A stretch of DNA of 64,000 nt, taken from Promethearchaeia archaeon. GTDB taxonomy: Archaea > Asgardarchaeota > Lokiarchaeia > Sigyniarchaeales > SOKP01. The first letter of the stretch is position 1. Each line of letters opens with the position of its first letter. The stretch is taken from assembly GCA_029856145.1 (NCBI GenBank), contig JAHQWK010000001.1, positions 352,001-416,000 on the forward strand, in the 5' to 3' direction. The notes beneath the pieces were generated by a model. It saw only the letters and a list, made by a program, of their open reading frames with translations. It was not told the DNA's origin and ran no database searches. The position numbers and the translations under genes were made by a program. Below, piece after piece: positions 59,690 through 64,000 of the stretch.

Positions 59690-61663
59690 ATGACAGAGCA
59701 AGTATGTAGATTTTGTCACAGTTATGTAAAGTTAGCTTATTATTGTGAAGAATGTGGCTCCAGTTGTTGTTCTGAATGCCTCCATGAAAAAAAAGTGGAT
59801 TTCTTCATTTGTCAAGAATGCAAATCTAAAAACATAGAAATTTTAAATTCTGAAAATAAGAAAGTTTGTAAGGACTGTGGATCGGAAAATGTTGTTAAAG
59901 TTAATCAACGCTTAAAATCCTGCCCAAAGTGTGATTCACATCAAGTTATTAATATATATGAAAAAAAAGAAGAATTAGAAAAGAATTTTTTAGAATTAAT
60001 TAAAAATACACGTTTGTTTGTTAACCCTTTAAAAGAAATTCTTGATAAATTGTATTTATTTCAATCAAAAATAAAGGAAGTAAGGGATCCTCCAAATAAA
60101 TATTATCATTTTCCTCAAATGGAATCAGATTTATTAGCTCTTTTTGAGCTATTTAAATATATTCAAAATACTTTATTTGAAAAAGTTAATGTTCATTTTC
60201 ATCAAGTAAATCAAAATAAAGAATATTTCTTTGATATTTACACCCAACCTAACTCAAATATAAATATCATTGAGGGAATTTTCGAAAATCTATCACGAAG
60301 TTATAATTCAATTGAAGAGTTTATAAAAATCAATTTAGAAACATTTAATGATAGCTTTGAAACGTTTAAAAAGAATCTACACTTTATAGATAAAGTTAGT
60401 TATTATTTTAAATCATATAATAAAATACTTAGACTCGCAGAAGGTGAAAAACCTGTATATGCTATTTATGCTAAATTAACTAATGGTTTAAATTCACATG
60501 ATAAATACAAGAAAGATAAAGGAATTTTGTTCATAACTAATTTTGACCTTTCATTTATTCATAAATATGGAGTAAAGAAAAAGAAAAAGGAATTAATTTT
60601 CAAAGCTCCTGTTCAAGATTTAATAAAAATAAGAGAAAAAGGTAAAGTTTTCAAAAAACTCTATATTGAATTCACCTATGGAAAATACGAATTTACATTA
60701 CCATCTAAAGCTGTTTCTAGAGTAATTGAGTATATTCTTTTAGCGAGATCCTTTGACGATACAACAATACATGATGAAAAAACCGCAAAGAAACTTCAAT
60801 ACATTGATTTAGATTTAAATGACTTAATAAATTTCATTGAAGAAAGTATTAACTCGTTTTTTAGTATAAAATGCCAATATAATAAAAGTTTTGAAAATCT
60901 AAATCATCATAATAGGGATTTAGCCCACCCTTTTGGTGTTCACCCCAACCAATTACCTAATATTTCATCTCGAACACCTTCTCAATTTCTCAATCCCCAA
61001 AATAGTGCTCAACCTTGGTTTAGCTTTCCAGTAAATTCAAATTTATATCAAAGAATTAATAATTCCCCTTATCCCCCACCTAATCCTGGTCAATCACCTC
61101 CACTTATCGGTAATCCTCAAATACCGAACTATGATAAGAATAATTTCTTCTCACAAAATCTCTATAATCTAGATCGTTTTCAAAATTATAACCCACAGAG
61201 AATAAATCCGAATAATTATTTAAATAATAACTTAAATCCACAGATTCAAAACCAAATAAGAAATGATCATTATAATGAGAATGATTATTTCTTAAATAAG
61301 GAGGCCATTTTCCAGGATTACAATAGAAATCATTTATCTGACATGTTTGATTCAGAATATATTCCACCAGACAATTCTTATAGATATAAACAAAAATTGT
61401 TCAAACTAGATAAAGAAAAACATAAGAAAATGCTTGATTTAGATAAAGAAAGATATAGTTTGAAAGAAACTTTGAAAAAACTTGATAATAAATTTGATCA
61501 AGGAATCATATCTGAAGTAGATTATTTTAAGACTTTTAAAAACCTCCAAAAAGAAATTTATTTAATTGAAAAAAAAATTCAAAACTTACAAGAAAATATG
61601 GAAGAGGTCGAAACTCTCAAAAGAAACAGTAGAAATTTTGATAAAAGGCGATTTTATACATAG
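59690..61663 (+). CDS. Multidomain protein: Zn fingers, coiled coil, PH/GRAM-like domain, Pro/Asn/Gln-rich region, Vps23-like steadiness box
   Basis: Six CxxC pairs; GILFITNFDLSF beta motif; low-complexity SPYPPPNPGQSPP; C-terminal ERYSLKETLKKLDNKFDQGIISEVDYFKTFKNLQKEIY. CDS is secure, domain calls are by eye. Confidence 0.7.
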   Translation: MTEQVCRFCHSYVKLAYYCEECGSSCCSECLHEKKVDFFICQECKSKNIEILNSENKKVCKDCGSENVVKVNQRLKSCPKCDSHQVINIYEKKEELEKNFLELIKNTRLFVNPLKEILDKLYLFQSKIKEVRDPPNKYYHFPQMESDLLALFELFKYIQNTLFEKVNVHFHQVNQNKEYFFDIYTQPNSNINIIEGIFENLSRSYNSIEEFIKINLETFNDSFETFKKNLHFIDKVSYYFKSYNKILRLAEGEKPVYAIYAKLTNGLNSHDKYKKDKGILFITNFDLSFIHKYGVKKKKKELIFKAPVQDLIKIREKGKVFKKLYIEFTYGKYEFTLPSKAVSRVIEYILLARSFDDTTIHDEKTAKKLQYIDLDLNDLINFIEESINSFFSIKCQYNKSFENLNHHNRDLAHPFGVHPNQLPNISSRTPSQFLNPQNSAQPWFSFPVNSNLYQRINNSPYPPPNPGQSPPLIGNPQIPNYDKNNFFSQNLYNLDRFQNYNPQRINPNNYLNNNLNPQIQNQIRNDHYNENDYFLNKEAIFQDYNRNHLSDMFDSEYIPPDNSYRYKQKLFKLDKEKHKKMLDLDKERYSLKETLKKLDNKFDQGIISEVDYFKTFKNLQKEIYLIEKKIQNLQENMEEVETLKRNSRNFDKRRFYT

Positions 61664-61743
61664 AATGTTGTTGTTGAGTTTTATGCAGAATCTGCATTTT
61701 TTTTTTATCTTATATTTATATTTTTATTAATATATTACATCAT

Positions 61744-62763
61744 ATGGATAAAGAGGATGGACCATTTACTACTTTAGTAGGAAGTTGGCCTTTAAGTAAT
61801 ACATATAACAACATGGTAAAGGTCTTCACTGATTTAATTCAAATGGGTATCGATTTTCCATGTTACCCTCAGCTTTTATCCATGACTTATCAATTTTTAT
61901 CTCCTTTATCTAAAATCATTCCTCAATTAGAAGAAATCAATGAAAAATTTTATTTATATGAGGAATTTGAAGTACCAAAGGAACCCATTGCCCTTGAATA
62001 TGGAAAATTTATTATTAATTTTTTTAATGAACATCCAGATCTTAAGAAATCAATTAGGGGTACAAAAGCTTGTTTAACTGGACCCTTCACTTTAACCTTT
62101 GAGACTATATTGAAAAGCTCTATTGCTAAAGGCTTAAAACCAATAATTTTCGAAGAACCACGAGCAGTAATGGTAGATTGGATTGTGGATAAGTTTGCTG
62201 AAATTATAAAACAAATCGGAGCGGCCTATAGTGATATGGGAATAGATATTATTTCTTGTGATGAGCCAATTCTGGGATTGTTAGTAGGAAGGAAAATTTT
62301 GTTTCATTCAGAAGATTTTATCATTAAAACTATTAATAAAACAATATCTGGAATAAAAGGATTACCATCAATACATGTCTGTGGCAGAATTAGTCCCTAT
62401 CTACGAGATATTCTTTTAAAAACAAATGTGAAAATTTTAGATCATGAGTTTAGTACAAATGAAGAGAATTTTAAGGTGTTTGAGAAAAGGCATTTCCAAG
62501 GAACTGATAAATTCTTAGCATTGGGAACTGTTGAATCTAAGTTTGTACCCATTAAAGATAAGAAAATTGATGCTTATGTAGAAAAAGTTGATTTTCTTAA
62601 AAGATATATCAAGAAAGGAATAGAACAATATGGTAGAGAGAATTTAATTATCAAGCCAGATTGTGGTTTCTACCCGTTGAAAGTTTTCGGAGAAAAAGAT
62701 GGGTATGAAATAGCAATCAATAAAGTGAAAAATATGGTCCTTGCTTTGAAGGAATTAAAGTAG
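61744..62763 (+). CDS. Core (single-barrel) cobalamin-independent methionine synthase family
   Basis: TLVGSWP, TGPFTL, DEP, Zn ligands HVC, E and PDCG. Confidence 0.85.
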   Translation: MDKEDGPFTTLVGSWPLSNTYNNMVKVFTDLIQMGIDFPCYPQLLSMTYQFLSPLSKIIPQLEEINEKFYLYEEFEVPKEPIALEYGKFIINFFNEHPDLKKSIRGTKACLTGPFTLTFETILKSSIAKGLKPIIFEEPRAVMVDWIVDKFAEIIKQIGAAYSDMGIDIISCDEPILGLLVGRKILFHSEDFIIKTINKTISGIKGLPSIHVCGRISPYLRDILLKTNVKILDHEFSTNEENFKVFEKRHFQGTDKFLALGTVESKFVPIKDKKIDAYVEKVDFLKRYIKKGIEQYGRENLIIKPDCGFYPLKVFGEKDGYEIAINKVKNMVLALKELK

Positions 62764-62822
62764 TTATTATTAAAATTGATTTAGATTAAATGCAAAAAGT
62801 AAAAGAAATTTATAAAAAAGAT

Positions 62823-63473
62823 TTATCCTTCCAGTTCTTTACGAAGTTTATCGATCTCGTCTTTTAGTTGAACTTTTGATTTAACTTCAGCTTCCTCTTC
62901 TTCAAGATCATAATCTGGTATATATTGTAGATCATCAGCAGGAATTTCAGGCATGTCCCCTCCTTGTTCTAGAAGCATTTCTGTTTCAAGTTTATTTAAT
63001 TCTTCTGTAACATCAATTGCTAGATCAATTTCTGGATCACCACCTAAAATATCAGCTGCTTCTTCAATTTCTGCAACATATGCCTCAGAATCTTCTGCAA
63101 TTTCAGCAACCTTAGCTGGCGATGCCTTTGTAGCGATCTCCTCTAATGTATCTCGAATACCCCCGAAAACATCACCTGTTTGAGATATTAGCATTCCCTC
63201 TTCTATCGCTTGAATTTGTCTTTCAATCTTTAGTCGTATATTATTACTACGGTCAACTTTCGCTTGATATGCCTTATATTGTACTAAATAGGATTTTGCG
63301 CGATCTTTTTCGCCTCGTTTTAATGCTATTTTTGCGTTTTTTCTGCTAATCTCAGAACGTTTATTATAATTTCTGTTCATCAAATTCAATTTATGGATAT
63401 GACCTTTAGCTTTAGTAACCAAATTTTCCTTTTCTTTGCTTTTACGTGGAAAGAGTTTCTTTTTTAACCCCAT
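62823..63473 (-). CDS. ESCRT-III protein, Snf7 (Vps20/32/60-like) family
   Basis: Basic N-terminal hairpin (AKIALKRGEKDRAKSYL..KAY..KIERQIQAIEE), acidic C-half, MPEIP, terminal amphipathic helix. Confidence 0.85.
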   Translation of the reverse strand: MGLKKKLFPRKSKEKENLVTKAKGHIHKLNLMNRNYNKRSEISRKNAKIALKRGEKDRAKSYLVQYKAYQAKVDRSNNIRLKIERQIQAIEEGMLISQTGDVFGGIRDTLEEIATKASPAKVAEIAEDSEAYVAEIEEAADILGGDPEIDLAIDVTEELNKLETEMLLEQGGDMPEIPADDLQYIPDYDLEEEEAEVKSKVQLKDEIDKLRKELEG

Positions 63474-63625
63474 TTTATCATTACACCATTTAGAACTTTA
63501 ATTTTATATTATCTGATTTTATGAATTAAATAATGTTTCTGACTTAAAAATTTAATATTGTTTAATATAATATAATAAAATAATTCTCATCAAAAAAGTT
63601 TAACCTAGACCAATATTTGAGCACC

Positions 63626-64000
63626 ATGAAAAAAATCATATTAGATTTTGAAACCAAGAGTAAAAATCTCAAAGAACTAGTTCAAGAAGCTTTGAATAGA
63701 AATTTTATAAACTATTTTGTTTCTCAAGAAACTTTTAAAGAATTTGAGAAAATTGAAAGGATAAATCTTTATTCCAAAAATCCTAATATTCCCGTCAAAT
63801 ATGTGGTATATGATGATAAGGATATATTAGTAGAAAATTTAGCTAATGAGAAATTTATTAATAAGAATTTTGGATTCTTTTTTGAATTAAAAACCAAAGA
63901 AGATGAACAAGAAATTATTGAATTAGCAAAAACTCGATATGTAGATTTTATTATTGTTTCCGCTAAAGATTGGGAAATAATACCATTCGAAAACCTCATT
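63626..64000 (+). CDS. 3-dehydroquinate synthase II (archaeal AroB'), 3'-truncated by window edge; absent from ORF track
   Basis: ATG at 63626, open to the window end. Ends ...FIIVSAKDWEIIPFENLI, matching the DWxIIPxEN family signature. Confidence 0.85.
   Translation, partial: MKKIILDFETKSKNLKELVQEALNRNFINYFVSQETFKEFEKIERINLYSKNPNIPVKYVVYDDKDILVENLANEKFINKNFGFFFELKTKEDEQEIIELAKTRYVDFIIVSAKDWEIIPFENLI

Noticed and set aside
1322-63999. Short overlapping ORFs in the track (e.g. 1877-2167, 7983-8384, 26381-26851, 33035-33451, 57227-57679, 62953-63183, 63769-63999)
   Set aside because: They are antisense or alternate-frame shadows of well-supported genes with no motifs. 63769-63999 is antisense to the DHQ synthase II gene.
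1-64000. rRNA, tRNA, CRISPR arrays, transposases/integrases
   Set aside because: I saw no long GC-rich structured tract, cloverleaf, repeat-spacer periodicity or transposase/integrase motif. Small tRNAs could be missed by eye.
30240-64000. Functional link between mtnP (5'-deoxyadenosine salvage) and DHQ synthase II through the DKFP pathway
   Set aside because: Biochemically plausible from methanogen precedent, but the genes are 33 kb apart and the intermediate enzymes are not in the window.

Overview
AT-rich (roughly 30% GC by eye) archaeal chromosomal segment of about 55 genes, almost certainly from an Asgard archaeon of the Lokiarchaeia/Promethearchaeota type. The assignment rests on co-occurring H4MPT/F420 C1 genes (ftr, mtd, mch, FrhB-like), archaeal information genes (GlyRS, XPD, RecJ/GAN-like, beta-CASP, eL33) and eukaryotic-signature proteins (Rag-like GTPase-roadblock, Rab-like GTPase, Snf7-type ESCRT-III, eukaryote-like presenilin). 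Other content: an Ltp3/Ltp4/2xDUF35 thiolase-like operon with a divergent acyl-CoA dehydrogenase, adenine/MTA salvage genes, the glycine cleavage operon, peptidases, glycogen synthase and core MetE. I found no rRNA, tRNA, CRISPR array or IS element. Main highlights: (1) a 658-aa protein with Zn fingers, coiled coil, PH/GRAM-like domain, Pro-rich region and a Vps23/TSG101-like steadiness box, separated by one gene from a stand-alone ESCRT-III gene, a candidate non-canonical ESCRT module; (2) repeated signs of ATA/ATC/ATT start codons, strongest for XPD; (3) a head-to-head presenilin/archaemetzincin pair; (4) small Zn/Cys proteins missed by the ORF track and a GC-rich leader hairpin. All calls are motif recognition by eye; no database searches were run.
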